From Candidatus Zixiibacteriota bacterium (GTDB taxonomy: Bacteria > RBG-13-66-14 > B26-G2 > WVWN01), in contig JASFLY010000001.1 of the NCBI GenBank assembly GCA_050117845.1, forward strand, positions 256,001-320,000: a stretch of 64,000 bases of DNA, given 5' to 3'. A program made the position numbers and the translations under genes. The notes under the pieces were generated by a model, which did no database searches, was not told the origin of the DNA, and was given only the letters and a program-made list of their open reading frames with translations. Below, piece by piece: positions 9,417 through 20,024 of the stretch (within the stretch, counting starts at the first letter, position 1; each line of letters opens with the position of its first letter).

Positions 9417-10706
9417 TTATGCGGGGAGGCGGCCGCCCACGACGAGCGAGGGCTGTTCGCCCCCGTCGCGCGGTTCTATCAAGCGCCGCGTGAACCAGAG
9501 CGAGAGCGCGGCGAAGAGGGCGGCCAGGCCGTAGAGTACGTCGTAATTCGTGTATTTCAATATGAACCCGCCGCTCACGGCGGCCAGGACCGCGAAGCCG
9601 CCGACGGTGTTATTGAAGCCGACGTACACGGGCCGCAGGTCGGCCCGGGCGATATCTATGGTATAGTTGATGTTGCCGAACTCGGCCCCGGACCAGCCGA
9701 AGCCGACCAGGAAGAAGAGCGCGTAGAAAAGGTAAACGCCGCCCCATTCCGCCCGGCCTGAGGCGAAATAGAGCAGCGGCGGCAGGAGCGTTACGATGGC
9801 TCCTCCCCGCACGAGCAGGCGGTTGCCGCGCCGACTGGAGAGGTAGCCCCAGAGCAGGTTGGACGCCACCGCTCCGCCCATGAGCGCCGCCAGGAAGGGC
9901 CCCGCGGCCGCCGGGTCCAGGTCGAGGCGGGACATCGCCAGGCCGATATAGAACGGCACGCCGAGTCGGCTTAAACAGATGAACACGCGGGCGACGACGA
10001 AACGCCGGAAGTTCGCATCCGCGGACAGGAGTTTGAACCCGGCCTTTATCGTCTCGCTGAAAGTGTGGCGCTCCGGCGTCGCCTCGCCCTCCTCCTCCCG
10101 GCTGACGCACATCGTCGTCATCGCGAACATCGACGCCACGGCGCCTATCGCGAATAGGATACCGTACGACGCGGGGAACTCGAATCCCCGGAGGATGGGG
10201 CCCACCAGCACGATGCCGGCCGCGACGGACAACAGGCCCCCGCCGAAGCGCCGCACCATGAACAAGATCCCCCGGCGCGGCGACGAGATGGTCTTGCCGA
10301 CGATGTCCATGAACGGCGGGCCGGCCAGGCCGGCGGCGAGGTTGAGGGCCGCGTAGGCCGCGAGGAAGGCCGCCAGAAGGCCCGCCCCGGGCGCCAAAAA
10401 GAACGGCAACGCCGCCATCACGACGACGATGAGCGCCCGGATCACCGACATCGCCCGGTAGAAGGGCAGCTTGCGGCGCAGGTGGAGGATCCGCGAGGCC
10501 GCGTAGAGTTGGGGCAGCGGCCAGCAAATGGAGTCGAGCTGGCCCGCGAGGCCGATCCAGATGGGGTTCCCGGTAAGCGTCCCGACGAAGGCCGGTACGA
10601 TAGTGGAAGGGTTCAGTACCGCGAAGAATATATGGAAAATGACGCCGTTGGCGGCGGCGCACGCGAAGTTCCAACGAAAATGCTGGGGATGCTCGACCGA
10701 ATCCAT
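9417..10706 (-). CDS. MFS-type transporter
   Basis: 429 aa with about 12 hydrophobic segments and a [11 protein letters not shown] loop motif. Confidence 0.75.
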   Translation of the reverse strand: MDSVEHPQHFRWNFACAAANGVIFHIFFAVLNPSTIVPAFVGTLTGNPIWIGLAGQLDSICWPLPQLYAASRILHLRRKLPFYRAMSVIRALIVVVMAALPFFLAPGAGLLAAFLAAYAALNLAAGLAGPPFMDIVGKTISSPRRGILFMVRRFGGGLLSVAAGIVLVGPILRGFEFPASYGILFAIGAVASMFAMTTMCVSREEEGEATPERHTFSETIKAGFKLLSADANFRRFVVARVFICLSRLGVPFYIGLAMSRLDLDPAAAGPFLAALMGGAVASNLLWGYLSSRRGNRLLVRGGAIVTLLPPLLYFASGRAEWGGVYLFYALFFLVGFGWSGAEFGNINYTIDIARADLRPVYVGFNNTVGGFAVLAAVSGGFILKYTNYDVLYGLAALFAALSLWFTRRLIEPRDGGEQPSLVVGGRLPA

Positions 10707-10771
10707 TAGCCGTTAATCTAACCGAAAGCGTCGCCCTTGTCAAGGGCTGCGCCCTTAACCCGACGATACCT

Positions 10772-12136
10772 ATGCTTGATCTGAAATACGTCGAAGAGAA
10801 CGCGGACGCCGTGCGAGCCATGCTCGCCGCCCGCAACGTCGAGTTCAACCTGGACGCCGTACTCGACCTCGCGGCCCGGCGCCGCGCCGTCATCGCGGAA
10901 GTGGAGAACCGCCGCGCCGAACACAACCGCGCCAACGAGGCCATCGCCGAAGCCAAGCGCGCCGGCGGGGACGCGGCCGAGGCCATCGCCGCCGCCCGAG
11001 GGCTCGGCGAAGAGGTCAAGGACCTCTCGGCGAAGCGCACCGACGTCGAGGACGAACTCTCCCGCCTCCTGCTCTACCTCCCCAACATGCCGCACGCCTC
11101 CGTGCCCGTGGGCCGCGACGAGAGCGACAACGAGGTCCGCCGCAGATGGGGCGAGCCCCGCAAGTTCGACTTCACGCCCCGGCCCCACTGGGAGCTGGGC
11201 GAGATACTCGGCATCGTCGACGAGGAACGCGCCGTCAAGGTCGCGGGGTCCCGCTTCACGATGACCCGGGGCCCGGGGGCCCGCCTCGAGCGCGCCCTGC
11301 AGAATTTAATGTTGGACGAGGCCGGCAAGCGCGGCTACGTCGAGGTCAACGTCCCCTTCCTGGTCCTCGAGGACGCGATGCTCGGAACGGGCCAGCTTCC
11401 CAAGTTCTCCTCCGACATGTACTCGGTGGTCGAGCCGCTCTTCTTCGAGTGGGCCCGGCACATCAAAGAGATGGTAAACCGGCCGCCGGACCTGGACGGC
11501 CTCCCCGCCGAGCTGGCCGAGAAGGCGCTGACCGCCGCGTGGCTCATCCCCACCGCCGAGGTCCCCGTGACCAACCTCCACCGCGGCGAGATCCTCGCCG
11601 CCGAGGACCTGCCGATAAAGTACGCCGCCTTCACGCCCTGCTTCCGCCGCGAGGCCGGCGCGCCCGGCCGCGACACCCGGGGCATGATCCGCGTGCACCA
11701 GTTCCTCAAGGTCGAGCTCGTCAAGACCGTCCACCCCGACGCGTCGTACGACGAGCTGGAGAGCCTGGTGGCCGACGCCCGCAACATCCTCGAGCTCCTC
11801 GAGCTCCCCTACCGCGAGGTCGTCCTGAGCACCGGCGACCTCGGCTTCGGCGCCGCCAAGTGCGTGGACATCGAGGTCTGGCTCCCCTCCGAGGACAAGT
11901 ACCGCGAGATATCGAGTTGCAGCAACTACGAGGCCTTCCAGGCCCGCCGGATGAACACGCGCTTCCGCCCCGCCAAGGGCGCCAAGCCGGAGTTCGTCCA
12001 TACGCTCAACGGCTCGGCGCTCGCGCTGGGCCGGACGATGGTCGCCATAATGGAAAACTACCAGAACGCCGACGGCACGATTACGGTCCCCCCGGCCCTC
12101 CGACCTTATATGGACGGCCGGGAGTTAATAAGTTAA
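10772..12136 (+). CDS. serS: Serine--tRNA ligase
   Basis: MLDLK, N-terminal coiled coil, [40 protein letters not shown]. Confidence 0.97.
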   Translation: MLDLKYVEENADAVRAMLAARNVEFNLDAVLDLAARRRAVIAEVENRRAEHNRANEAIAEAKRAGGDAAEAIAAARGLGEEVKDLSAKRTDVEDELSRLLLYLPNMPHASVPVGRDESDNEVRRRWGEPRKFDFTPRPHWELGEILGIVDEERAVKVAGSRFTMTRGPGARLERALQNLMLDEAGKRGYVEVNVPFLVLEDAMLGTGQLPKFSSDMYSVVEPLFFEWARHIKEMVNRPPDLDGLPAELAEKALTAAWLIPTAEVPVTNLHRGEILAAEDLPIKYAAFTPCFRREAGAPGRDTRGMIRVHQFLKVELVKTVHPDASYDELESLVADARNILELLELPYREVVLSTGDLGFGAAKCVDIEVWLPSEDKYREISSCSNYEAFQARRMNTRFRPAKGAKPEFVHTLNGSALALGRTMVAIMENYQNADGTITVPPALRPYMDGRELIS

Positions 12137-12167
12137 CGTCGCCGCGGCGCGATAGAACGGAGGGCTC

Positions 12168-12923
12168 ATGTCAGGCCATTCCAAGTGGAGTACGATCAAG
12201 CGCAAGAAGGAAGGCAAGGACCAGAAGCGCGGTAAGATCTTCTCGCGGCTGGCCCGGGAGATAATCGTGGCCGCGCGGCACGGCGGCGGCGACCCGACCG
12301 CCAACACCCGCCTCCGCGTCGCCATCCAGGCCGCCAAGGCCGCCAACATGCCGGCGGACAACATCGCCCGCGCCATCAAGCGCGGCACCGGCGAACTGGA
12401 CGGCGTGCAGTTCGAGGAGATAACGTACGAGGTCTACGGCCCCGGCGGCGTCGCGATGTGCGTGGAGGTCATGACCGACAACAAGAACCGCACCACCCCC
12501 GAGATACGCCACATCCTCGACCGCCTCGGCGGCTCCATGGCCGAGATGGGCGCGGTGACCTGGATGTTCGACCGCAAGGGAATGGTCCTCATCGACCGCG
12601 GCAAGGCGACCGAGGACCAAATAATGGAGGCCGTGCTCGAGGCCGGCGCCGAGGACATCCAGGAGGGCGAGGACGTCTTCGAGGTCTACTGCCCCCCCGA
12701 GAACCTGGCCGACGTCACCGACGCGCTGGGCGCCGCGGGCATCGAGCTCGGCACCGCGGAGGTCTCCCTCATCCCCAAGACGACGATTCCGCTGGAGGGC
12801 AAGGTTGCCGCCAAGTTCGTCAAGCTGCTGGAGGCGCTGGAGGACCACGACGACGTCCAGAACGTCTCCGCCAACTTCGACATCCCGCCGGAAGTGATGG
12901 AGGAACTGGCCGCCGAAGCCTAA
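12168..12923 (+). CDS. yebC: YebC/PmpR family protein
   Basis: MSGHSKWSTIKRKK, YEVYGPGG, TDNKNRT, DDVQNV. Confidence 0.96.
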   Translation: MSGHSKWSTIKRKKEGKDQKRGKIFSRLAREIIVAARHGGGDPTANTRLRVAIQAAKAANMPADNIARAIKRGTGELDGVQFEEITYEVYGPGGVAMCVEVMTDNKNRTTPEIRHILDRLGGSMAEMGAVTWMFDRKGMVLIDRGKATEDQIMEAVLEAGAEDIQEGEDVFEVYCPPENLADVTDALGAAGIELGTAEVSLIPKTTIPLEGKVAAKFVKLLEALEDHDDVQNVSANFDIPPEVMEELAAEA

Positions 12924-13014
12924 GAAACGGCTATCCGCGAAAGCGGTTTCAACATGACTAATAAACCTTACGGAGTTATATTACGGGAAAGTCATAGGAT
13001 GAGGAGGCGGTTTT

Positions 13015-13341
13015 ATGGGTGACGTAGACGTTAGTCCGTTCGGGGGAATACAGGTTAAGAGGTACTACGAATTAGAAACGGGCGTAATCAAGGCAGGGTA
13101 CGACCTCCCGGAAAAAAAAGCGGCCGGTTACCAGGTTGAAATATATGTAACGATAGACGGCGACCAAAAGAGTTCGGGGAAAATCAAAGCAAACCCCGCT
13201 GAATACTCTGTAGATTTGCCGGAAGGATGGGATATTATTGTCGTCCAGGGCAATATATATAACAACGAGGGGAAATGGTTAGCGGAGATACTACCGTACG
13301 ACGTTAGGAATACCGGTGCCATAGAATACGAACTGAGTTAA
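13015..13341 (+). CDS. Hypothetical protein (AT-rich island)
   Basis: 108-aa ORF with a GAGGAGG ribosome-binding site. No family recognised. Confidence 0.6.
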   Translation: MGDVDVSPFGGIQVKRYYELETGVIKAGYDLPEKKAAGYQVEIYVTIDGDQKSSGKIKANPAEYSVDLPEGWDIIVVQGNIYNNEGKWLAEILPYDVRNTGAIEYELS

Positions 13342-13511
13342 TTACTAAGATATTATCCGCATTTATTACGCCTTTACGGGTACGATGGTATTTTACCCGG
13401 GTGCATTCAGTCACTTCTTTCGTCGTTAATATTCAAAAACCGGGTCCCGCATTAATGGAGTATTAAATATCGCGAAGTACGCCGATCGGGGGTGAACGTG
13501 ATTAATCCTAA

Positions 13512-14345
13512 ATGGTTACTTTTGCGTTAAAACCGCGGCTCTCGGTAAAAGAAGCAGAACGTTTAATCCTCGATATGGCGGCGTACGGACACCATTCGTG
13601 CGTCCCCGCGAAGTTCGGATTCCGTTACCCGACGTTTTGGTGTTTATCAGAAGTAAAATCGTTATTCGAGAATCTCGGGGTAGATTTCGGTTATTTGGTT
13701 TCGGAAACCCGCGAACGGATTGGCCTTATCCCGTATATCGAAACCATTACCCCTAATAAAATGGTCTTATTCGGCAACCCAATTGTCAAAGTACCGTCTG
13801 TCCCCGGTGGGGTCCCAAATGAAACGGTAGTCGGACCGGGAGAAATAATTTTCCCTGTTTATTTAAACGAATTCGAGAACTCCGTAACCTCGTTTCAAAA
13901 AGTTCTGGAAAACAAATCTACTACCGATTTCAATAACGCCTCGATTAGCGGCGTTACTTCAATCGAAGTTTATTTAAATAACCGCATAGCGGCTTGGAAC
14001 GATTCGAACCCTCAAAATCAACTTATCGACGATAAGGAACATAAAAAAGTACCTTTCGATACTAAAATAACCGACTGGATACCGATAATTACTCGCGGCC
14101 GGCGCTTAGATAAAAGTACAAGGATATGGATGGATTTCGTAATGTTCCGGGATTATAGGGACTCCGTAATACACCGGAAACGAATTTCGGCAGGCATGGG
14201 CCATCGCGAATTAGGAAATTACCTCACTCGCTATAGATTCGCAATACCAGGGCTCTTATTCGAATTGCATAAGTTGTTTAAACAACGGGTGCCGTCGAAA
14301 ATCATACGCGCTTTCCACACGTACGTCGTAATAAAAACCGATTGA
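13512..14345 (+). CDS. Hypothetical protein with a HEPN-like C-terminal domain
   Basis: 277 aa, AT-rich. TSIEVYLN helix and RDYRDSVIH (Rx4H) motif. Confidence 0.55.
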   Translation: MVTFALKPRLSVKEAERLILDMAAYGHHSCVPAKFGFRYPTFWCLSEVKSLFENLGVDFGYLVSETRERIGLIPYIETITPNKMVLFGNPIVKVPSVPGGVPNETVVGPGEIIFPVYLNEFENSVTSFQKVLENKSTTDFNNASISGVTSIEVYLNNRIAAWNDSNPQNQLIDDKEHKKVPFDTKITDWIPIITRGRRLDKSTRIWMDFVMFRDYRDSVIHRKRISAGMGHRELGNYLTRYRFAIPGLLFELHKLFKQRVPSKIIRAFHTYVVIKTD

Positions 14346-14379
14346 AGCCGAGAGTGATATCCCCGTTTATTTCGCCCTA

Positions 14380-16770
14380 ATGATTCGCCGCCGACCCGCC
14401 TGCCTCGCCGCCGCGCCCTTCGCCGGCGGCCTCGTTTTCGCCGCGGCCTTCGCGCCGCCCGCCCTCCCCTTGTTAATCGCCGCCGCTATCCTGGCGGCCG
14501 TTTCGTTTATCCTCCGCAAGCACAAGGCCGGGACGTTCGTCCTCCTCGCCGCGCTCGCCTGCGCCGGCGCCGGCTACTACGCCGCCCGCCACGATTACGT
14601 ATCGCCCAATGACATCGCGTTCGAACTCGACCCCCGCTTCGAGCCGACGGAGGCGGTCGTTACCGGCGTCGTCGCCTCCGACCCGGAGCGCCGGCCGCAC
14701 GGCACCCTCTTCTACCTCGACGGCCGGAGCATTGATATCGACGGCGAGACCAAGGCCGTCCGAGGCCGCAGCCGCGTCACCATCTACGACAAAGTGTCGC
14801 TCAGTTACGGCGACGAGGTATCGGTGCGCGGGAAGTTCGTCGCGCCCCGGCCCGGGCGAAACCCCGGCGCCTTCGACTACCGCGCCTTCCTCCGGCGCCG
14901 CGGGACCACGGCCCTCGTTACGGCCTCGGACAGAGAGGACGTCACCCGTATCTCCGGCGGCAAAGGCAACCCGGTCCTCGCCGCGGCGTTCGCCGTTCGC
15001 CGCAAAGCCGCCGGCGTACTCGAGCGGTCGGTGGGCGGCGACGAGGCCGCGGTCCTGGCGGGCCTCACACTGGGCAAACGGTCCGAGATAGACGCCGCCA
15101 TCGTGGAGGACTTCCGCCGTGCCGGCGCGATGCACCTGCTCGCGATCTCCGGCCTGCACGTCGGCCTGGTGGCCTTCGTCCTCTTCCTCGTCCTCGCCGG
15201 CGCCCGGGTCCCCCGCCTCGCGGCCAACCTCACGGTCATGGCCTTCCTCCCGGCGTACGCGCTGTTGACCGGCTTCAACCCTCCGGTCGTCCGGGCGGCG
15301 GTGATGGGCGTCCTCGCGCTCACCGCCGTCCTGCTCGACCGCGACGTGGACCTGTTCAACGTCCTCGCCGCCGCGGCGCTAATAATCCTGATATACAACC
15401 CGCTCCTCGTCGCCGACGCGTCCTTCCTCCTCTCCTTCGCCGCCACCTTCGCCATCGCGGGCCTGTACCGGCCTTTCGTGGGGCTCCTGCGCCGCGTGCC
15501 CGGCCTCCTGCGCGAGTCGCTCGCCGCCACCGCCGCGGCCCAACTCGGCGTCCTGCCCCTCCAGATTTACTTCTTCCACCACTTCACGCCCGTCTCCCTC
15601 GTCTCCAACCTGGCGATGGTCCCGCTGGCGGGCTGCGCCGTCGCCCTCTCCCTCGCGACGATAGTAACGGGCCTCGTCTGGCCCGCGCTGGGGGATATTT
15701 TAGGCGGCGCGGCCTGGCTCGCCGCCAAACTGCTGACGATAGCCGGCCACGTCTTCTCGCTCGGCCTCAAGCCGCTGGGCCGCCTCTGGCCCGGCCTGGC
15801 GGGCGTCCCGCTCGTCGGCAAGCACCTGGACTTGCAGTTCCCCATGGCCGAGTCGGCGGCCTTCGTCGTCGCGGCGCTGTTATTGGGCGCGGCCGCGGTG
15901 GCCGTTAGGAAGTGGCGGCCGGGTATCGCCTTCGCCGCCGCGGCGCTCGGGTGTTTGGGATGGGGATTCGCGCCCCGCCTCGCCCGGGCCGACCTGCCCC
16001 TCCGCATAACGTTCCTCGACGTGGGCCAGGCCGACAGCGCGCTGGTGGAGTTCCCGAACGGCGATACGCTCCTCGTGGACGCGGGATACGCCGGCGGCAC
16101 CTACGACGCCGGCGAGCGCGTCGTCGCGCCCTTCCTCCGGGCGGAAGGGTTGACGCGCATCGACTACCTCTGCGTGACCCACGGCGACGCCGACCACGCC
16201 GGCGGCGTCGCGTACCTGCTGCGGGAGTTCGACGTGGGCGAGCTGTGGTTCCCCGTGGACCGGAAGTACAGCCCGCATTTGAGGGAGGTGGCTGGCGTGG
16301 CCCGGGAGCGGGGCGTCCCCGTCGTCCGTATGGCCCCGGCGGCGTTGGACGTCGGCGGCGCGGCCGTATCGCGGGTATGGCCGCCGGCCCTGGGGCCGCC
16401 GGCCGGATTCTCGTCCAACGACTCGTCGACGGTGCTCAGGTTGGAGTACGGGGAGTTCTCGGCCCTCCTCACCGGCGACGTGGAGGACCGGGCGCAAGGT
16501 GAAATACTCGCGGCCGGCCGGAAGGTCGAGGCGGACATGCTCAAGGCGCCGCACCACGGCTCCCTGGGGGCGGCGAGGCCGGCCTTCGTCGCCGCGGTCA
16601 ATCCCCGGGCCGCGTTCTTCGCGACCAAGGCCGGGGCGGCCAAGTTCCCCGCGGCCGAGACCCTTTCACGCTACCGCCGCGCCGGCGCGCTCTGCCTGGC
16701 GGCCGGCGAAAAAGGCGCCGCCGTCGTTGATACCGACGGGCGGCGCCTGCGCGTGCGGACTATGTTCTGA
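14380..16770 (+). CDS. comEC: DNA uptake competence protein ComEC/Rec2
   Basis: RNPGAFDY, HLLAISGLHVG, FLDVGQAD, THGDADHAGG, LLTGD, PHHGS. Confidence 0.93.
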   Translation: MIRRRPACLAAAPFAGGLVFAAAFAPPALPLLIAAAILAAVSFILRKHKAGTFVLLAALACAGAGYYAARHDYVSPNDIAFELDPRFEPTEAVVTGVVASDPERRPHGTLFYLDGRSIDIDGETKAVRGRSRVTIYDKVSLSYGDEVSVRGKFVAPRPGRNPGAFDYRAFLRRRGTTALVTASDREDVTRISGGKGNPVLAAAFAVRRKAAGVLERSVGGDEAAVLAGLTLGKRSEIDAAIVEDFRRAGAMHLLAISGLHVGLVAFVLFLVLAGARVPRLAANLTVMAFLPAYALLTGFNPPVVRAAVMGVLALTAVLLDRDVDLFNVLAAAALIILIYNPLLVADASFLLSFAATFAIAGLYRPFVGLLRRVPGLLRESLAATAAAQLGVLPLQIYFFHHFTPVSLVSNLAMVPLAGCAVALSLATIVTGLVWPALGDILGGAAWLAAKLLTIAGHVFSLGLKPLGRLWPGLAGVPLVGKHLDLQFPMAESAAFVVAALLLGAAAVAVRKWRPGIAFAAAALGCLGWGFAPRLARADLPLRITFLDVGQADSALVEFPNGDTLLVDAGYAGGTYDAGERVVAPFLRAEGLTRIDYLCVTHGDADHAGGVAYLLREFDVGELWFPVDRKYSPHLREVAGVARERGVPVVRMAPAALDVGGAAVSRVWPPALGPPAGFSSNDSSTVLRLEYGEFSALLTGDVEDRAQGEILAAGRKVEADMLKAPHHGSLGAARPAFVAAVNPRAAFFATKAGAAKFPAAETLSRYRRAGALCLAAGEKGAAVVDTDGRRLRVRTMF

Positions 16771-17304
16771 TTATTCGGCCGGCGCGAGGAGCGGTTTGAT
16801 CGTGGCCTCGAGCTGGTCCTTCTCGATGTAACCCGGCCGCTTCAGGACCTCGTTGCCGTCGCGGTCGTAAACCACGATGGTCGGGAGGCCCAGGATGGCG
16901 TAGTCGCTCTTCATCTGGTCGGTGCCGCGAACGTTAACGTAATTCATGCCGACTTCCGCGGCGTAGGGCGGTACGTCCTTGTCCGGGTTGTCGTCGAAGG
17001 TGATGCCGACGACCGTCAAACCCTGTTCGCCGTACTCCTTCTGGAGTTCGATGAGATGCGGAATCTCCATCTTGCACGGGCCGCACCACGTCGCCCAGAA
17101 ATCGAGCACCAGGACCTGGCCCTTGTAGTCGTCCACCTTAAAAGCGGAGGCGTCCATCAGGGCGAACCCTTCCGGGGCTTCGGCGGCTGCGGTCGGCGGG
17201 GCCTCGCCGGTCGGCGCGGCCTCTTCGGTCTTGGGCGAACACGCGGATAAAAGAAAGACGATGGCTGATACTGCGAGCAGGCCCGCTACGTATTTACGGG
17301 GCAT
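16771..17304 (-). CDS. TlpA-family thioredoxin-like lipoprotein
   Basis: Lipobox LSAC and LDFWATWCGPC. Confidence 0.88.
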   Translation of the reverse strand: MPRKYVAGLLAVSAIVFLLSACSPKTEEAAPTGEAPPTAAAEAPEGFALMDASAFKVDDYKGQVLVLDFWATWCGPCKMEIPHLIELQKEYGEQGLTVVGITFDDNPDKDVPPYAAEVGMNYVNVRGTDQMKSDYAILGLPTIVVYDRDGNEVLKRPGYIEKDQLEATIKPLLAPAE

Positions 17305-17414
17305 ATTTAAACCTCCTTTTCGTGTTATATTATCATAAAGTAACGGCGTTGGGAAAGGGTATGTGAAAGGGAACGGCCGGAGCCGTTCCCCAAAAGTCAG
17401 CGAGTGGATTTGCC

Positions 17415-17639
17415 TTACTTGTTCGCGTTCTCTTTGACGCGGGCCCAGATCTCGGCCGCCCGGTCGGGAGCCAGCGTAACGCGGGATGCGATGCGGCCGA
17501 ACAATTGCCCTATCCGGGCCTGGATTTCTTCTGCGTTTGCGGCGCTATTTTCGTCGAGCTTACGGGTGCGAGAAACCTTCTTTTTAGTCAAATCCTCCTG
17601 GCCGAGCTTCCTGCGAGCCGAGGAAACGTTCGTAGCCAT
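17415..17639 (-). CDS. Small hypothetical protein
   Basis: 74 aa. GGAGG lies 6 nt before the ATG. Confidence 0.5.
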   Translation of the reverse strand: MATNVSSARRKLGQEDLTKKKVSRTRKLDENSAANAEEIQARIGQLFGRIASRVTLAPDRAAEIWARVKENANK

Positions 17640-17779
17640 TTCAAACCTCCGTTAAAAGAGCGCCACCTCCTATGACAGAAATTAACCTAGTTGATGATAT
17701 CCTTTCGGAGTATAGGTAACGCCGAATCGGATTCCGTTACGCATAAAATAATAAAGGGACGGTTAAAAGGAGCCGGTAA

Positions 17780-19099
17780 ATGACACTTGACGAACTGAAG
17801 GGTAAAATCGAGCGCCGGGAGGCCTGCGCCGGCGTGGTGGGCCTCGGCTACGTGGGCCTGCCGCTCGCCATGGCCTACGCCGCCGCCGGATACCACGTCA
17901 TCGGCTACGACATCGACCCGGATAAGGTCGAGACGCTCATGGCGGGTCGCTCCTACATCGGCGACGTCACGGACGAGGAGCTGGCCAAAACCCTCGCGGA
18001 CGAGGCGTTCGAGACGACGACCGACCCGGCGCGGCTGGCCGAGGCCGACGTGGTGGCCGTATGCGTCCCCACCCCCCTCACCGCCGACAAGGAACCCGAC
18101 CTATCGTATCTGGAGAGCACGGCCCGCGCCCTCGCCCCCCACCTCCGGCCGGGCCAGCTCGTCATCGTCGAATCAACCGTCTACCCCGGGGCGACCCGGG
18201 AGGCCGTCCTGCCACTCCTCGAGGCCGGCGGCCTTAAGGCCGGCCGGGACTTCTGGCTCGCCTTCTCCCCCGAACGAGTCGACCCCGGCAACACCGCCTA
18301 TCCCTTGAAGGGAATCCCGACCGTCGTGGGCGGCGTGGACGAGGCCGCGACCGAGCTCGCCTACGCCTTCTACCGGCCCGTCGTCAAGGAGGTCGTCCGG
18401 GTATCCTCGGCCGAGGCCGCGGAGATGTCTAAACTGCTGGAGAATACCTACCGCGCCGTGAACATCGCGCTGGTCAACGAACTCAAGGTGATGTGCCACG
18501 AGATGGGCCTCGACGTCTTCGAGGTCATCGCCGCCGCGGCCACCAAGCCTTACGGCTTCCAGAAGTTCGTCCCCGGCCCGGGGGTCGGCGGCCACTGCAT
18601 CCCGCTCGACCCTTACTACCTCGCGTGGCGCGCCCGGCAGGTGGGACGGGAAAGCCGCTTCGTCGAACTCGCCGGCCAGGTCAACGACGAGATGCCCTCG
18701 TATGCCGTGGGCCGGCTCGAGGCGGCGCTGCAGGCCCGGGGGAAGGAGCTGGCCGGGGCGCGGGTGCTCGTACTCGGCGTGGCCTATAAGGCCAACGTCG
18801 ACGACCTCCGCGAGTCCCCCGCCCTCGTCGTCATCGACGTCCTACGGAGCCGGGGCGCAGAGGTCTCCTACCACGACCCGTACGCCCCCGAACTCCCCGC
18901 GACGCGCAAATTCGACTTCGGCCTGAAATCCGTCGAACTCTCCGCCGAGGCGCTGAAGTCGTACGACGCGGTCGTCATCACGACGGACCACACGGCGGTC
19001 GATTACGATATGCTGTTCCGCGAAGCCGCGCTCGTCCTCGACACGCGCGGCGTGGCCCGGCGTCTGGGCCTCGACGGCGGCAACGTCGTCACGGCCTGA
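17780..19099 (+). CDS. Nucleotide-sugar (UDP-GlcNAc/ManNAc-type) 6-dehydrogenase
   Basis: VGLGYVGLP, ESTVYPG, FSPERVDPG, KLLENTYRAVN, PGPGVGGHCIP, DLRESP. Confidence 0.92.
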   Translation: MTLDELKGKIERREACAGVVGLGYVGLPLAMAYAAAGYHVIGYDIDPDKVETLMAGRSYIGDVTDEELAKTLADEAFETTTDPARLAEADVVAVCVPTPLTADKEPDLSYLESTARALAPHLRPGQLVIVESTVYPGATREAVLPLLEAGGLKAGRDFWLAFSPERVDPGNTAYPLKGIPTVVGGVDEAATELAYAFYRPVVKEVVRVSSAEAAEMSKLLENTYRAVNIALVNELKVMCHEMGLDVFEVIAAAATKPYGFQKFVPGPGVGGHCIPLDPYYLAWRARQVGRESRFVELAGQVNDEMPSYAVGRLEAALQARGKELAGARVLVLGVAYKANVDDLRESPALVVIDVLRSRGAEVSYHDPYAPELPATRKFDFGLKSVELSAEALKSYDAVVITTDHTAVDYDMLFREAALVLDTRGVARRLGLDGGNVVTA

Positions 19100-19115
19100 A
19101 GGTCTATTCCAACCG

Positions 19116-19151
19116 AAAAGAAAAGCCGGCCCTCGGGCCGGCTCGTTTTTT
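19116..19151. terminator. Probable bidirectional intrinsic terminator
   Basis: AGCCGGCCCTCGGGCCGGCT hairpin with an A-tract before it and a T-tract after it, between convergent genes. Confidence 0.7.
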
Positions 19152-19170
19152 ATTATTTATACAACTCGGC

Positions 19171-19677
19171 CTAGCCGGCCGGAAACGCAAACGACTCGAA
19201 CCGGTCCTTACTCGCCTTGCATATGGGACACGTTTCCGGCGGGGCCTCCCGGCCGCACAGGTACCCGCATACGCGGCAGCGCCACACGGCCACGCCCCCG
19301 GCGGGAACTTCGGCACGACGATACTGCGGCCGGTCCTCCTTCTTCGCGGGCCGGCGCTCGGGCACAGTCTGCGCCTCGGCCTTCCCCTCCGCGATTTCCC
19401 GGGAAACGTAAAGCGCGCAGTAGCACGCGCCGAACTCCCCCAGGTCGGCGTCGCGGTAATCGCAGGGGCAGATGATGTCGAGGTCCGCTTCCCGCTCCCC
19501 GGCGGCCAAGCGGCAGGGGCAGGCCTGGTAGCCGTAGCGGCCTACGTTGGTGGCGAGGCCCTCGACGAGGGCACGGGTGAACTCGGCGTCGGGGTTGAGG
19601 TGGTACCCGCCGGCCCGGGCCTCCCGCTCCAGTTTCTTTTGCAGCGCGTCGACTTCCCGCGTTTCGGGTTCGGCCAT
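19171..19677 (-). CDS. Ferredoxin:thioredoxin reductase catalytic domain fused to a rubredoxin-like domain (FDR type)
   Basis: CPCR, ICPC, CYC, then WRCRVCGY...CPIC. Confidence 0.88.
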   Translation of the reverse strand: MAEPETREVDALQKKLEREARAGGYHLNPDAEFTRALVEGLATNVGRYGYQACPCRLAAGEREADLDIICPCDYRDADLGEFGACYCALYVSREIAEGKAEAQTVPERRPAKKEDRPQYRRAEVPAGGVAVWRCRVCGYLCGREAPPETCPICKASKDRFESFAFPAG

Positions 19678-19687
19678 CTTCCCCTCC

Positions 19688-19963
19688 TTACAAATCGAGC
19701 AGCCTGCGAATCTCGTCCGGCCGGTATCCGGTGACGCATTCGTCGGGCGTGCATAACGTCGGGTACGCCGCCCGCCCCGCGCGCGCCATTATCTCGGCCT
19801 CTATCTCGTCGCGCCGGTCGGGAGTGGCCAGGTCGACGTACTCGTAGTCGTACGTCAAACCGAGTTCCTCCAGCAGTTGGCGCGTCTTCTTGCACCACAC
19901 GCAGGTCGATAGCGCGTAAAGTTTAACGTCGCCCCTGTCGACGGTTCCGTCAACGTGTTCCAT
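19688..19963 (-). CDS. Glutaredoxin/NrdH-like redoxin
   Basis: LYALSTCVWCKKT, YPTL, GYRPD. Confidence 0.88.
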   Translation of the reverse strand: MEHVDGTVDRGDVKLYALSTCVWCKKTRQLLEELGLTYDYEYVDLATPDRRDEIEAEIMARAGRAAYPTLCTPDECVTGYRPDEIRRLLDL

Positions 19964-20024
19964 ATCGCGTCCGCACCTCGCTCTGTTACGCGTTGCGTTG
20001 AAATAGGTTGAACGCCGGCCGGGA

